NCBI GenBank assembly: GCA_963792585.1 | Contig: CAWBWI010000002.1 | Span: 256,001 to 320,000 of the forward strand | Length of the DNA stretch: 64,000 bases | Reading direction: 5' to 3' | Source: Candidatus Eiseniibacteriota bacterium | Lineage (GTDB): Bacteria > Eisenbacteria > RBG-16-71-46 > CAIMUX01 > VGJL01 | In this document: positions 9,567 through 19,653 of the stretch, piece after piece | How positions within the stretch are numbered: position 1 is the first letter of the stretch | How the letters are laid out: each line of letters begins with the position of its first letter | Notes under the pieces: model-generated | What the model was told of the DNA's origin: nothing | Seen by the model: only the letters and a program-made list of their open reading frames with translations | Database searches by the model: none | Program-made: the position numbers and the translations under genes

Positions 9567-10673
9567 GTGGACGACCATGCCGTCCTGCTCAGCAGCCTCC
9601 TGGGAGTCCTCTTCGTCCTCATCCTGCTCTACCTCGACAAGTACGAGCGGGAACCCCTCCTGAGGATCGGGATCCTCTTTGCCGCGTCTATCCTGGCAAC
9701 GGGGCTCTATGGCGGAATCCACTCTCGGATCGCCGGCGACCATGACCCCTGGACCCTTGGTCTGGTCTGCATCCGGACACCCCTCCTCGAAGAGGGGCTG
9801 AAGTTCGGGCTCTTCCTCCTTGCGTTCCTGTCATGGCGCCGATGGATCGACGAGCCGTACGATCTGGCCGTCTACCTCGGAATCATCGCCCTGGGATTCT
9901 CGGTCCAGGAGAATATCGGCTACTACGTGATCTATACACGCAACGCGTTCCTGTCCGGGCTGCTCACGGGCGACTTCTCATGGTATGACAGTGCGCTGGC
10001 GGGGATCGCGGTGCGCCGGGCCGTTCCCGGTCATCTGATGATGGGAGTGGTCGGCGCCTGGGTGATGGCGTGTGGATTTGGGAAGCGGAGCTTCCCTCTC
10101 TGGTTCGCGGCGGCATATCTGGCGGCGGTGGCCGTTCACGCGGGGTGGAACTTCTTCGCATTCGCGGGGATGCCGGCGCTCTTCTTCTACTTGATGCCCC
10201 TTGTCGTCTGCACATGTCTGATTGTTCGTCGGCTGCGCGAGGGCTCCGGCTACTGGCGGACGCAGCGAAAGTGGCGCGACGCGACCTCTGGGGTCCTTCA
10301 GGCGCTCGATCGAAGTGCGACGGCCGGGGGAGTGATTCCTCCGGATGAGCAAGCTCTCGTGGAAAGCGGGGGCCGAGGTCTACGACAGATCCAGTGGGTG
10401 CTGCGGGGACTGCCGCTGCGTCCCGGAACGGACCAAACCCGGATCTTCCGCGCCCTGGAAGAAAACCTCCCGGATGGGCGGTCAGCCTTCGACATCCCCG
10501 CCCTGGAAGACCTCGACCGCCGCCTATTGCGGATCGGTGAGGTCTTGGGGCCGTACCGGAATTCGTTTCTTCACTGGACCTACTGGTTCGGGTTCCTCGC
10601 GATCCTCACGAGCCTCGGCTTCCTCGCCACGATCCTGAGTCTCGTGTTGGAGCGGGCGATCGTTCTGTTCTAG
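9567..10673 (+). CDS. PrsW-family intramembrane glutamic protease
   Basis: DKYEREP, LEEGLK, GFSVQENIGY, PGH and HAGWN motifs; multiple TM segments. Confidence 0.85.
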   Translation: MDDHAVLLSSLLGVLFVLILLYLDKYEREPLLRIGILFAASILATGLYGGIHSRIAGDHDPWTLGLVCIRTPLLEEGLKFGLFLLAFLSWRRWIDEPYDLAVYLGIIALGFSVQENIGYYVIYTRNAFLSGLLTGDFSWYDSALAGIAVRRAVPGHLMMGVVGAWVMACGFGKRSFPLWFAAAYLAAVAVHAGWNFFAFAGMPALFFYLMPLVVCTCLIVRRLREGSGYWRTQRKWRDATSGVLQALDRSATAGGVIPPDEQALVESGGRGLRQIQWVLRGLPLRPGTDQTRIFRALEENLPDGRSAFDIPALEDLDRRLLRIGEVLGPYRNSFLHWTYWFGFLAILTSLGFLATILSLVLERAIVLF

Positions 10674-12163
10674 CCCTTCAGGAGCTGTTCGATCACCCAG
10701 CCGACCTCCTCATCCATGAAGGGCGTGTACCCGACATGCTTGAATCGCATCCGCCCCTGGCGGTCGAGAACGAACAGGGTCGGAATGCCGGAGACTTCGT
10801 AGTTCTTGGCATCGTCGGCGCTCGCCAGTCCGACCGTCATCGGGTACCCGCCCTGGGTCCAGAACGGGACGACCTTCTCTCGCCCCGCGTCGCGCTCCCA
10901 AACATTCATGCAGAGAATCTGGACCGGTTTGTCGGACACCGTCGCCTGTAGCTCCTTGACGAGGGGGAGGGTCATTCGGCAAGGGCCGCACCAGGTCGCC
11001 CAGAAGTCGAGAACGACAACCTTACCCTTCAGATCGGCGAGCCCCACGTTCGTACTGTCGAGGGTCATCACCGAGAAGCTGGGGGCCGGCTTGTCGATCA
11101 TCTTCGCCAGCACCTCTGCGCGAAGCTGCGGGATCTTCTTCTCGCGCGCCTTGGTCATGGTCGCGATCGCCGCCGTGAAGGCCTTGTCGTCTCGAATCTC
11201 CGCGAAATCCTTATCCTGCTTCGCCTGCCGGTAGTTCTCGAATCCGCGCGCGGCCGCTTTCTTCAGCCAATCGAGCGCGCCAGCGCGGTCTTTGTTCTGG
11301 GCGAGAATCGCCGCGGCATTGTACGCCTCTTCCGGATCGTCCTTTGCCTGCTCGGCGAGGGCGATCTGCATCTTCAAGGCATCCTGCGGCCGGTTCGCCG
11401 TGCGATACCCGTTCACGAGCGCCCGCATCGCTTCGATGTTTTCCGGGTGCTCCTTGGCGAAGGCCTCGATCCGCGCGAAGCCCTCCTCGGTGCGACCGGC
11501 CATCTTGAGGTCGCGCGCCTCAGCGTTCACGGGCTGGAAGCTGTTCGGCTCGACGATCTCGTTGAGGCGGCGGGCCTTGATGGCTGATTCGTAGTCCTTC
11601 CCGATCTCGTAACCGAGGGCGATCGCCTGGAAACCATAGGGATGATCCGGCCTCATGCGGGCGGCCTCGAAGAGCAGCGGAAAGGCCTCATCCGGCTTCG
11701 GGGTCGCTCCCGTGAGGAGGGCGAGCCCGAGGCCGCAGTGGGCGGCGTGGCTCTTGGGGTCGATCTGCAGCGCCTTGCGGAAATACGGCTCGGCGTCGGG
11801 GCCGTTCTCGAAGAGCCCGTTGAGATACTGGAGATCCGCGTTCGTTGAGTCCTTGGCCAGACGATCCCGGTAGAGCGGCTTGATCTGGGGCCACATATCC
11901 ACCAGCCGCGTCACCCCGATGTGGTGTCGCTGAAGATCGAGCCAGTCGGGGTGCTTCGCCAGCAGCGCCTCGACCTTGGCGATGTGCGCCCTTGCGCCTT
12001 CCTCGTCACGGAGACCCTCCGCAGCGTCGAGAAGCGCCCGGAGTTCGGGTTGCGGCTTCCATGGGACCGGCTTCAGGTCGTCGGGAAGGGGCGGCGCGGC
12101 GGCCACGGAGGGTGTCACCGAGGTCACCGCGATCAGGAGCGCCAAAGCGAGCGAACGAAGCAT
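10670..12163 (-). CDS. Exported TPR protein with C-terminal TlpA-like thioredoxin domain
   Basis: Signal peptide; TPR-like repeats; GKVVVLDFWATWCGPC and GIPTLFVLDRQG. Confidence 0.88.
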   Translation of the reverse strand: MLRSLALALLIAVTSVTPSVAAAPPLPDDLKPVPWKPQPELRALLDAAEGLRDEEGARAHIAKVEALLAKHPDWLDLQRHHIGVTRLVDMWPQIKPLYRDRLAKDSTNADLQYLNGLFENGPDAEPYFRKALQIDPKSHAAHCGLGLALLTGATPKPDEAFPLLFEAARMRPDHPYGFQAIALGYEIGKDYESAIKARRLNEIVEPNSFQPVNAEARDLKMAGRTEEGFARIEAFAKEHPENIEAMRALVNGYRTANRPQDALKMQIALAEQAKDDPEEAYNAAAILAQNKDRAGALDWLKKAAARGFENYRQAKQDKDFAEIRDDKAFTAAIATMTKAREKKIPQLRAEVLAKMIDKPAPSFSVMTLDSTNVGLADLKGKVVVLDFWATWCGPCRMTLPLVKELQATVSDKPVQILCMNVWERDAGREKVVPFWTQGGYPMTVGLASADDAKNYEVSGIPTLFVLDRQGRMRFKHVGYTPFMDEEVGWVIEQLLKG

Positions 12164-12246
12164 GCGATCCTCCAGGATTCTCGAGAGTTGGGAACGATGG
12201 GACGCAACATTTCAGACTACCCGGTGCGGCGGCCGGCCTTCAAGCC

Positions 12247-12280
12247 GGATCCCCGGCTGGATGGGTCCGGCCGGGGATCC
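12247..12280 (-). terminator. Hairpin downstream of the 1072-aa gene
   Basis: 15-bp stem GGATCCCCGGCTGGA / TCCGGCCGGGGATCC (one non-canonical pair), 4-nt loop, 26 nt after the stop at 12307; no strong U tract. Confidence 0.55.
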
Positions 12281-12306
12281 TCGTCAATGACGTCGTCGCG
12301 CGTTAA

Positions 12307-15300
12307 CTACTGGGAACGCACGAGCTTCACGCGCGTTTCCACCGCGCCCGACCGTAGACGGGCGAAGTAGATTCCCGATGCGACCGGCGCGCCGGCATCG
12401 TCACGACCATCCCAGTCGATCGTGTGACGCCCCGCCGGCACAGCCCCCTCGACGAGGGAACGAACCTGTCGGCCCTGGACATCGTAGATCGCGAGGTCGG
12501 TCGGACCGCCCTGCGCCAAGGAGTACTCGAGTGCTGCCTTGCCCGTGAACGGGTTACCCGAGACCGCCTTCAGATCGAACGGAACCGCTTCCGCGCCTTC
12601 GACCGCGCTGGCGGCGGGGTCGAGCACGAGGATCCGGTAGGCTCCACCTGCCGTGTTCTTGTTGTAGATCAACACGCCGTACCAGTCGTCGCGATCGAGG
12701 TAGACGGAGTACGTTTCCGTTCCGCCGATGCCCGCGGCGTCCGACTGCGCGACCGCGGAGGTGCGATCCGCGTAGTAGGCGGCGCCGTTGCTCGCGAAGA
12801 ACGCGATCCCCAAGTCCATGGAGCTACTCAGGTCGCTCACCTCGATCTTGACGTTGCGTCCGCCGCCGACGCCGCCATCGACGTAGATGTCGTGCATCTC
12901 CGCCACGTGGCCGGCCGGCCATACGAGATCGATGGAGGAGAACCCGCCGGGAACATAGGCCAGGGCCTCCGAGCCGCCTTCCCACTCGCAGTCGACGTTG
13001 CCGTACCCGCTGGTCCTGCGGTAACGCGGATAGACCGTCCCGGTCGGGTTGTGGTTGTAGTCGCCCACCACGTACGTGACCGGGTTCGCAGTCTGATCGC
13101 TGACCGCCAAGGTGTTGATCGTGTACGCATCGTCTCCGTAGAGCCAGACGCTCGCCGTCTCGCCGGCTTGCGGGCGGGCGGCGAAGACCGTCCAGTAGAT
13201 CGACGGAACGCTTGCCGATCCCCAGATGAGCTCGTCGGAGCGACTCGTGACGGTCGCCTCGGGCATCGCGACCTTCGCGCCAAGCCAGAGACTGTAAGGA
13301 CCGGATGATTCGTCGTTGACGATCTGATAGACGCCGAACCAGCGAGAGGCGGGTGCGGTATAGGTCAACCACTCGCCGCCCGCTCCCGGCGCCCGGAAGT
13401 TGCTCGCCGCGGCGTACTGGACGCGGCTCTTGAACCGATTCCCGTCGTCCGAGCTGAAGATGTAGATCCCCGTGTCGAGCGGGGTGGAGAAGTCGTGATA
13501 CTCCCGCAGGAAGTAGGTGTCGCCCGCATTCAAGTAGGCGTCCCAGACCTTGCCCAGGTTGGAGGGCACCCAGTTGTCTCCGGGAAGAGCTCCGGAAATG
13601 ATCTCAGGATCCTGCTCCCACTCGGTGCGGTGGTTTCCGCTGCCGCTGTCACGGACCACGCGCAGATAGTCGCGATCGTAGCCGCCGTTGTAGTCGGCCG
13701 CGAAGAACTCCATCGCGCCATCGCCCACGTCATTCGCGATGTCGAGGAGGTACGTGTAGGCGTCATCGGCGTAGAGGCCGACCCTCACGCCCGTACCGCC
13801 GTCCGGCCGCGTGCCCGCAAAGGCCCAGTAGTAGGAGTTCGGGTCGTAGTTGAAGAGGCGTAGGGGAAGCGCGGAGTAGAACGGCGACTCCTCGGCCAGC
13901 GTGACGGGCGTCGGGCCGATCTGAATGCTGAAGTTGCCGGCGACGACCGTGTTGGAATAGATGACGAACCCATAGACGTCATCCGCCGGGACCGTGTACG
14001 TGTACGACTCGCCGCTTCCCGCGCCGTACGAATCGGCCTGCCACACGGAGCTGCTCCGACCGGCCCAGTAAGGGCCGCCGTTGGACTTGAACAGGGCCAT
14101 GCCGAGGTCCATTCCCGCGCCCGGGGCGAGGTTGAAGGTCACGGTTTCCCCGGCGAAGAGGGGAACGTCCCAGATCTGGGCGGTATTGTAGTCGGCCCAG
14201 TACCCGAACCGGTTCTGACCGTCGGGGTAGAGCATCTCATTGCCGCCCTCCCAGGTCAGGTTGTACCAGTCCCAGGCGCCGCCATAGTGGATCAGGCCGA
14301 TGTGCTCGTTGCCCACCGGGCTGTGGTTGTAGTCGCCCACGACGAAGTCGACCTGACCCGTTCCATAGGCGGATGAGGCGTACGGGTAGTTGTGATTGTT
14401 GTCTCCGTAGACGGTCAGATCGTAGTCGCCGGTGGAGGGGCTGCGCAGGCCCACGACGGACCAGTTGTTCCAGCGCTGCGAGACGACCATGCCGTCGGCC
14501 ACGCCATTCCAGTAGAACCAGCCGTTGTGCCACAGCTCGTAGATGTTGCAGTAGCTGTTTCCCGATAGGTGACGCTTGACCGTGTTGAGCTGGCCGTTCG
14601 CGTCGCCGTCGGTCCACCCCCAGTTGTCCAGCGTGTACCCGCAGATGTTGCTGAAGGTGTTGTTGATCATGAGGCAGTTGACGTGCGAGGGGCACTGGGC
14701 GAGCTGGCAGTTGCCGTTGTTGACCTGGTGGTCCAGGTACCAGCTCTGGCATGCGCCGCAATCGATCCCTCCGTTGCACTGACCACCTTCGATGTACTCA
14801 TCGCACGCGCCGTAGAGATGTCCCCACTCGTGGGCAAAGGTGTTCCCATTGCTGTTGGTGTAGAGATACGTCATGGCGAAGCCGTAGGAGGCCCAGGCGC
14901 GGCCGGTCTGCATCGGCTCGAAGCATGCCAGGACGTTGTCCCATCCTCCGCCCCAGTTCTGGAGGTACAGCGTCATGTCGTCCACGCGGGTGCCGTCGCC
15001 GTCGGCATCGCCGAATCCGATATTGGCGAGCGCGTCCTCGACGACGGTCCCGTTCATCCCGCTGTCGCCGATGAAATACGGGACAGTCGCGCCGTAGAAC
15101 CAGTAGGCGTTCGTTCCCTGGTAGTCGTACGAAACGTTCGCGGCGAACGGGGCGTTGTTGATGTAGTGGTTTTTCGCCACGGTCGCGCGTGCGCCCGCGT
15201 CGTCCATCTGGGTGCCGGTCCACGTGCCGCCCGTATGGTTGATGAAGATGTGGATGACCAAGGTCCGACCGCGCTGGTAGTGCGCGGTGTCGTTGTCATC

Positions 15301-15525
15301 CACGAGGCGGATGTCCTCTCTCGCGGCGGGGTCGGTGCCCATCGACGGGGAGAGCTCGAATGCTTCCACCGGCGTACCGGCGGTGCGGGCGCTCTCGTCC
15401 TCCGCGTGCTGAAGCGCCGCCGGGCTGAACGTCCGCGTACTCGGCTCGAGCGGCTCCGCATGAACGAGCCCCGCGGCCGTCCCGAGCAGGGTCAGGCAGA
15501 GGGCTGCAAGTAGGGAGAGTCTCAT
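12307..15525 (-). CDS. Large secreted zinc metalloprotease-like protein with three tandem ~210-aa modules and a FlgD/T9SS-like CTD
   Basis: Signal peptide; AHEWGHLYGACDEY zincin motif followed by a Cys-rich segment and CLM Met-turn-like motif; repeated GDYNH modules; CTD IYDVQGRQV...WDGRDDAG...ASGIYFARL. Confidence 0.8.
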   Translation of the reverse strand: MRLSLLAALCLTLLGTAAGLVHAEPLEPSTRTFSPAALQHAEDESARTAGTPVEAFELSPSMGTDPAAREDIRLVDDNDTAHYQRGRTLVIHIFINHTGGTWTGTQMDDAGARATVAKNHYINNAPFAANVSYDYQGTNAYWFYGATVPYFIGDSGMNGTVVEDALANIGFGDADGDGTRVDDMTLYLQNWGGGWDNVLACFEPMQTGRAWASYGFAMTYLYTNSNGNTFAHEWGHLYGACDEYIEGGQCNGGIDCGACQSWYLDHQVNNGNCQLAQCPSHVNCLMINNTFSNICGYTLDNWGWTDGDANGQLNTVKRHLSGNSYCNIYELWHNGWFYWNGVADGMVVSQRWNNWSVVGLRSPSTGDYDLTVYGDNNHNYPYASSAYGTGQVDFVVGDYNHSPVGNEHIGLIHYGGAWDWYNLTWEGGNEMLYPDGQNRFGYWADYNTAQIWDVPLFAGETVTFNLAPGAGMDLGMALFKSNGGPYWAGRSSSVWQADSYGAGSGESYTYTVPADDVYGFVIYSNTVVAGNFSIQIGPTPVTLAEESPFYSALPLRLFNYDPNSYYWAFAGTRPDGGTGVRVGLYADDAYTYLLDIANDVGDGAMEFFAADYNGGYDRDYLRVVRDSGSGNHRTEWEQDPEIISGALPGDNWVPSNLGKVWDAYLNAGDTYFLREYHDFSTPLDTGIYIFSSDDGNRFKSRVQYAAASNFRAPGAGGEWLTYTAPASRWFGVYQIVNDESSGPYSLWLGAKVAMPEATVTSRSDELIWGSASVPSIYWTVFAARPQAGETASVWLYGDDAYTINTLAVSDQTANPVTYVVGDYNHNPTGTVYPRYRRTSGYGNVDCEWEGGSEALAYVPGGFSSIDLVWPAGHVAEMHDIYVDGGVGGGRNVKIEVSDLSSSMDLGIAFFASNGAAYYADRTSAVAQSDAAGIGGTETYSVYLDRDDWYGVLIYNKNTAGGAYRILVLDPAASAVEGAEAVPFDLKAVSGNPFTGKAALEYSLAQGGPTDLAIYDVQGRQVRSLVEGAVPAGRHTIDWDGRDDAGAPVASGIYFARLRSGAVETRVKLVRSQ

Positions 15526-16124
15526 CGCGCGCCCCCGTTCTTCTCGACATCCGCGATCTTCTCGATCTCGGCGGGCGTCAGTTCCGGAGGACCGACCAGC
15601 TGGATCGGCGCCACTTCCGTGCCGGCGCCGGCCGCGGGGTCGGGTGAGAGCTGCGCGGGTGGCGTGGTTCGAAGGATGTTCATCTTCGCCTGAGTGGCCT
15701 CAGCCGAAGGATCGGAGTGCGCGTTCACGGACGGGGCGATGAAAAGCGTCCCGGCGGCGCGGGCTCTGTCGACGGCGGCACGCGCCATGTCGAGCTTCGC
15801 CTGTTCGAGGACCGTCGGGGACGCGGCGGGAAGGCCGAGTCCCATATCTGTGTAGATGGAGGCCTTGTCGGAGGTGCCGATCGGCGGAAGTGCCCGGTAG
15901 AAGAGCTCCGCCTCCGTCGGCGACGTGGCCCCGCCGACGGATGTCTCGTCAATCGTCGGTGCCTGAATGGCGTCGACCTCCTGGGGGGGGAAGGCCTGGG
16001 CGGGGCCGTGTTGCGGCCCTTCTGCGGCGGAGTCCGCGATCGCCGATCCGCTGGCGGCGAGCATGATCCATGCTGCAGCGGCGAAGCGAACCACGGCGCG
16101 ATTACGCGTGGGGCTGAATATCAT
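15522..16124 (-). CDS. Secreted Pro/Ala-rich hypothetical protein
   Basis: AGAGGA RBS before ATG 16124; signal peptide ending AIA-D; stop overlaps the start of the protease gene (ATGA). Confidence 0.6.
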   Translation of the reverse strand: MIFSPTRNRAVVRFAAAAWIMLAASGSAIADSAAEGPQHGPAQAFPPQEVDAIQAPTIDETSVGGATSPTEAELFYRALPPIGTSDKASIYTDMGLGLPAASPTVLEQAKLDMARAAVDRARAAGTLFIAPSVNAHSDPSAEATQAKMNILRTTPPAQLSPDPAAGAGTEVAPIQLVGPPELTPAEIEKIADVEKNGGAR

Positions 16125-16434
16125 GACGATTCCTCTCTTGTCTTTCATTTCTAGATTTGGAGACGTCGGCCGAGCGGCCTCACCGGAAGAGGGCGGGTCT
16201 CGAGCGTCGTCGGATCGCACCATGACCCGTCCGAGTTTACTCAGTGACCGCGGAGGATAATGCGTGCGCCCATGACGTATCAATGGGAATCCGCTCGAAC
16301 ACAATGTGAAAATAGGCGCAAGAGGCTGTGACGGCGCGGTCGTGCCGTGTCCATCCGACGATGGGAAATGTCAAAGAGGACTTAGCGGATCGTCACCGCT
16401 GGACGCCGCATGGTTTGAATGCTCTCGGGTGAAC

Positions 16435-19398
16435 TCAGGGACTCGCGGCGCTCCAGGAATCCTGGTGCAAGGCCCCGCGCAGCAAAGCGCGAAGGGCTTG
16501 TGGGGGCGCGAAGGGCGTCGAGATCGGGAGGCCCGTCGTGATGCGCCAGGACCAATCTCCATTCGGGTTCGCCTTGCCGAACGGCCTGCCCCATGCAACG
16601 ACCGGGACGAGACGAAGGGGGCCGAGGCGCGCTGCGAGACGTGCCTCGAGGCCGAAAGTGACGCGCGTTCTCTCGTCTCGGAAGCTCCCGGAAGTTCCAC
16701 CCCAAGGGTGGGCACCCTCGAGGAAGGGGGCGAGGGTCCCTGCGCCCAGCGCCACCCCGGGGCCGCGCAACCCGAGATCGGGGAGGATCGGCAAGCGGGC
16801 TTCGATATCCGCATGCAGTGCGTGCGTGGCCGCGCGGGCCTTATCCCAACCCCGCACGAACGTCGTGCCCTCGAGTCCCGGCCAGCCTGCGATCCACTCG
16901 TGGCTCGGATCTGCATCGATTCCCTCGAACTCCTGCGGCGGCAGATCGGGGGAGAGACCTCGGTAGCCGATCTCGGTCCAGACCGAAGAGGCGAAGGGCC
17001 AGGTGACCTCGCGCGCGTGGAAGAGGCGCATCGAGCCGCGGAAGAAGCGTGAGGACTCGGGAAGGGGATCGAGTCCACCACGCAACCGAAGGTTCATCCC
17101 CGACCCTTCGTGGATCGCCGTCGCACCGACCGCGTGGGGCGGAACGCTCGTGTATCCGAATTCGCCGCCGATCACGAAGCTCGACCAAGCCCGAGGCTGG
17201 CCGAGCGGCGCCTGCATCGAGCGGCCGTCATAGCGCGGGCGGTGGCTTTCCGCCTGCGCGTAGAGATCGAGCCAGCCATCGAAGTTCGGATCCGCGCTCC
17301 GCTGCAGGGGGGCGAGCAGGCCCGCGCCGCTGATCTCCTTCCGCTCCCAAAGGACACGGTCGTTCAAGATCCTTCGGGGGAGATTCTGGGACGAGTGATA
17401 GAGCCCCGCATAGGGTCCCCACCGGGTCGTGAGATAGAAGAGGCTCACGTCGGGATGGCCCGTCTGATCCGCGTTCGCGTAGAGCATCCCGCCCCAGGCA
17501 TGGCGCAGCAGCGGATCGGCCCAGAACCCCAGAGCGCCAAGCGCCGGCTGCGCGGCCTGCGGACCAAGGAGTGGCAGGCGAAGCCAAGGTCGAACCTCAC
17601 CAAGCGCTCGATAGGAGAAGGGACCATCGATGGAGACCTCCCGATCCTCGGGCTCAACGGCGGCTGCGTTCGGGAAGGGATAAGGATCCCGTTCGACGGC
17701 GCGGGCGGGCATTCTCCCCGGCTGCAGCCGGAGAATCGGGGTCCGCAGCCGCGAGGAACGATCGAGGACCAACAAGGAGTCGCCCTGCCTTCCGGCAAGA
17801 TCGACGCCGCTGCCGGCCCCCGTCCGCAGCGCGATTTCCTCCAGGGCGCTCCCCAGCGGCCAGCGCGCCGAGTAGATTTCGGCGAGTCCACTGCGGTGCG
17901 AGACCCAAGCAAGCCGATCGTTGTCGATCCAGACGCTGCTGCGCTCGTCGGTCCGACCCCACGACAGGCGGAGAGTATCCGCCCCCCACGGTCGGGGGCC
18001 CGAACCTGTTCCGGACCCCCAGAGACCGCGACGTCCGTCGGGATGGACGCCGGAGAGGACGATGCGCATTCCATCCGGTGAGGCGGCGAGGCTGTGCAGA
18101 CCCCAGCCGTGGGGCCAGCGTCGCACGCTCTCGGGATGAAACATGCGGTCTACCGGTGAGATCGTCCCCTGGTAGATTACGGGGCCCTTGGGAGTATCGC
18201 CGATCGCGACGACTCGATCTCCCGCGACCAACTCCGCCTCGCCGATCCGCGCCCCGTGGGTCACGAACCTGGATCCCTCCGATGGGTCCCAGAACGCCAG
18301 ATCCTGCACCCAGGAGCCGTGCGCCGCCCGATGATAGCGGGGGACGATCACGCAGCCTTGCGGGAGAGGGACGGGGGTCCCGGTGACGGCCCCGGCCAGG
18401 ATGCGCTGTCGTTTCTCCTTCCCCATGCGCAAGAAGAGGGACGATTCTCGCGGGCCCCGCTTCTCCTGCCCCGTGGACCATTCGTTGCGTGCTCGCGACA
18501 CGATGCGCGACGGGAACCGAAGTCCGCCGTCAACCGGCGTCCCGATCGAGTCGGGTGACTCACCCCGACGGTACCTCTCGCCGTAGAAGGCGGTCATGCT
18601 CCGCCGAAACCGCTCCCATACGGATTCCGACTTTCCGGCGAGCGCGCGTGCTTCCGCCGCGCCGTAGCTGTACTGGCCGAACCCCCCGAAGGGTCGGATC
18701 AGGGCGCGCACGACGCTGTCGCCGTACGCGGAGACGAGCCAGCGCACGCGCGCGTTGCCGCGGGCATATAGGAGGGCCCCGTCTCCCGGGACCCCCGGGG
18801 GAGTCCGTTCGATCGATCCGTCCAGCACCGCCGCGGAGAGGGTGCCGTCCCCGCGATAGACGTTCCACGTCTCGGCCGTCCACTGGGCAATCCCCTCCTG
18901 GAGCCAGCGGGGGGGGGCGGCGCCGATCAGGTAGGCCGCGTTGCCCAGCCATGTCTGCGATGCGCGTGCGACCAGGATGTGCGTGTACTCATGGATCAGC
19001 ACTTCCTCGAACCAGGGCCGGCTTCCCGAGAAACTCCGGAGCGCAGGGTAGGAGGGGATCCAAACGAAGAAGTAGTCGGCCCCCACCGCCGCCCCGTTCG
19101 CGATCTGGTCTTGATCGGATAGATAGACGCGTGTCGGGCGCTCGGGCGCGACGTCGAGTTGCCGACAGAGCGGGGCATGAAAGCGTTCGAGAATCGACGA
19201 CGCTTCCCGGGCCCATGGCTCGAGCGGATCATGGTAGAAGACGCGGAAGTGCTCGGTGCGCAGTTCCTTCCATCGCAACTCCGGGTGGTTCCGGCCGTTC
19301 AGGAGAACGAACGCTCCCTGCCCGAACGACGCGGATGCGGTCGGCAGGAGGATTGCAAGCGTGAGGCACGCGACGAATAGGAATCGGGACGTCTGCAT
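16435..19398 (-). CDS. Exported gluzincin-like domain + TolB-like propeller + probable beta-barrel protein
   Basis: Signal peptide; WKELRTEHFRVFY, IHEYTH...PRWLQEGIAQ; ASPDGMRIV propeller-like motif; Omp85-like C-terminal strands (FVRGW, ADIEARLPI, TFGLEARL). Confidence 0.65.
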   Translation of the reverse strand: MQTSRFLFVACLTLAILLPTASASFGQGAFVLLNGRNHPELRWKELRTEHFRVFYHDPLEPWAREASSILERFHAPLCRQLDVAPERPTRVYLSDQDQIANGAAVGADYFFVWIPSYPALRSFSGSRPWFEEVLIHEYTHILVARASQTWLGNAAYLIGAAPPRWLQEGIAQWTAETWNVYRGDGTLSAAVLDGSIERTPPGVPGDGALLYARGNARVRWLVSAYGDSVVRALIRPFGGFGQYSYGAAEARALAGKSESVWERFRRSMTAFYGERYRRGESPDSIGTPVDGGLRFPSRIVSRARNEWSTGQEKRGPRESSLFLRMGKEKRQRILAGAVTGTPVPLPQGCVIVPRYHRAAHGSWVQDLAFWDPSEGSRFVTHGARIGEAELVAGDRVVAIGDTPKGPVIYQGTISPVDRMFHPESVRRWPHGWGLHSLAASPDGMRIVLSGVHPDGRRGLWGSGTGSGPRPWGADTLRLSWGRTDERSSVWIDNDRLAWVSHRSGLAEIYSARWPLGSALEEIALRTGAGSGVDLAGRQGDSLLVLDRSSRLRTPILRLQPGRMPARAVERDPYPFPNAAAVEPEDREVSIDGPFSYRALGEVRPWLRLPLLGPQAAQPALGALGFWADPLLRHAWGGMLYANADQTGHPDVSLFYLTTRWGPYAGLYHSSQNLPRRILNDRVLWERKEISGAGLLAPLQRSADPNFDGWLDLYAQAESHRPRYDGRSMQAPLGQPRAWSSFVIGGEFGYTSVPPHAVGATAIHEGSGMNLRLRGGLDPLPESSRFFRGSMRLFHAREVTWPFASSVWTEIGYRGLSPDLPPQEFEGIDADPSHEWIAGWPGLEGTTFVRGWDKARAATHALHADIEARLPILPDLGLRGPGVALGAGTLAPFLEGAHPWGGTSGSFRDERTRVTFGLEARLAARLGPLRLVPVVAWGRPFGKANPNGDWSWRITTGLPISTPFAPPQALRALLRGALHQDSWSAASP

Positions 19399-19653
19399 CG
19401 CGAATCAAGGTAGCGACCCTCCGGCGCCAAGTCCATCCCTTGCCCGTCCCCGGATCGGGTCCGCTTGACGACTTGGGTCCCCGCGCGGTAGTCTGCCCGT
19501 CGTTCCGGAGCCGCCCCCCACGGATCGCCGGATCACGACCGGGTCCGCTTCTCGGGATCGGACCCGATTGGTTGCGGTGGAGGAACGCTCCCCCGCCCGC
19601 CTCCCAGAAACACCTTCGATGCGTCTGTGCAAGGAATTCACGGGAGGCCGGTC

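Noticed and set aside
16320..16350. Sigma-54 promoter (CGGCACG on the minus strand) for the protease operon
   Set aside because: GG-N10-GC spacing is not satisfied.
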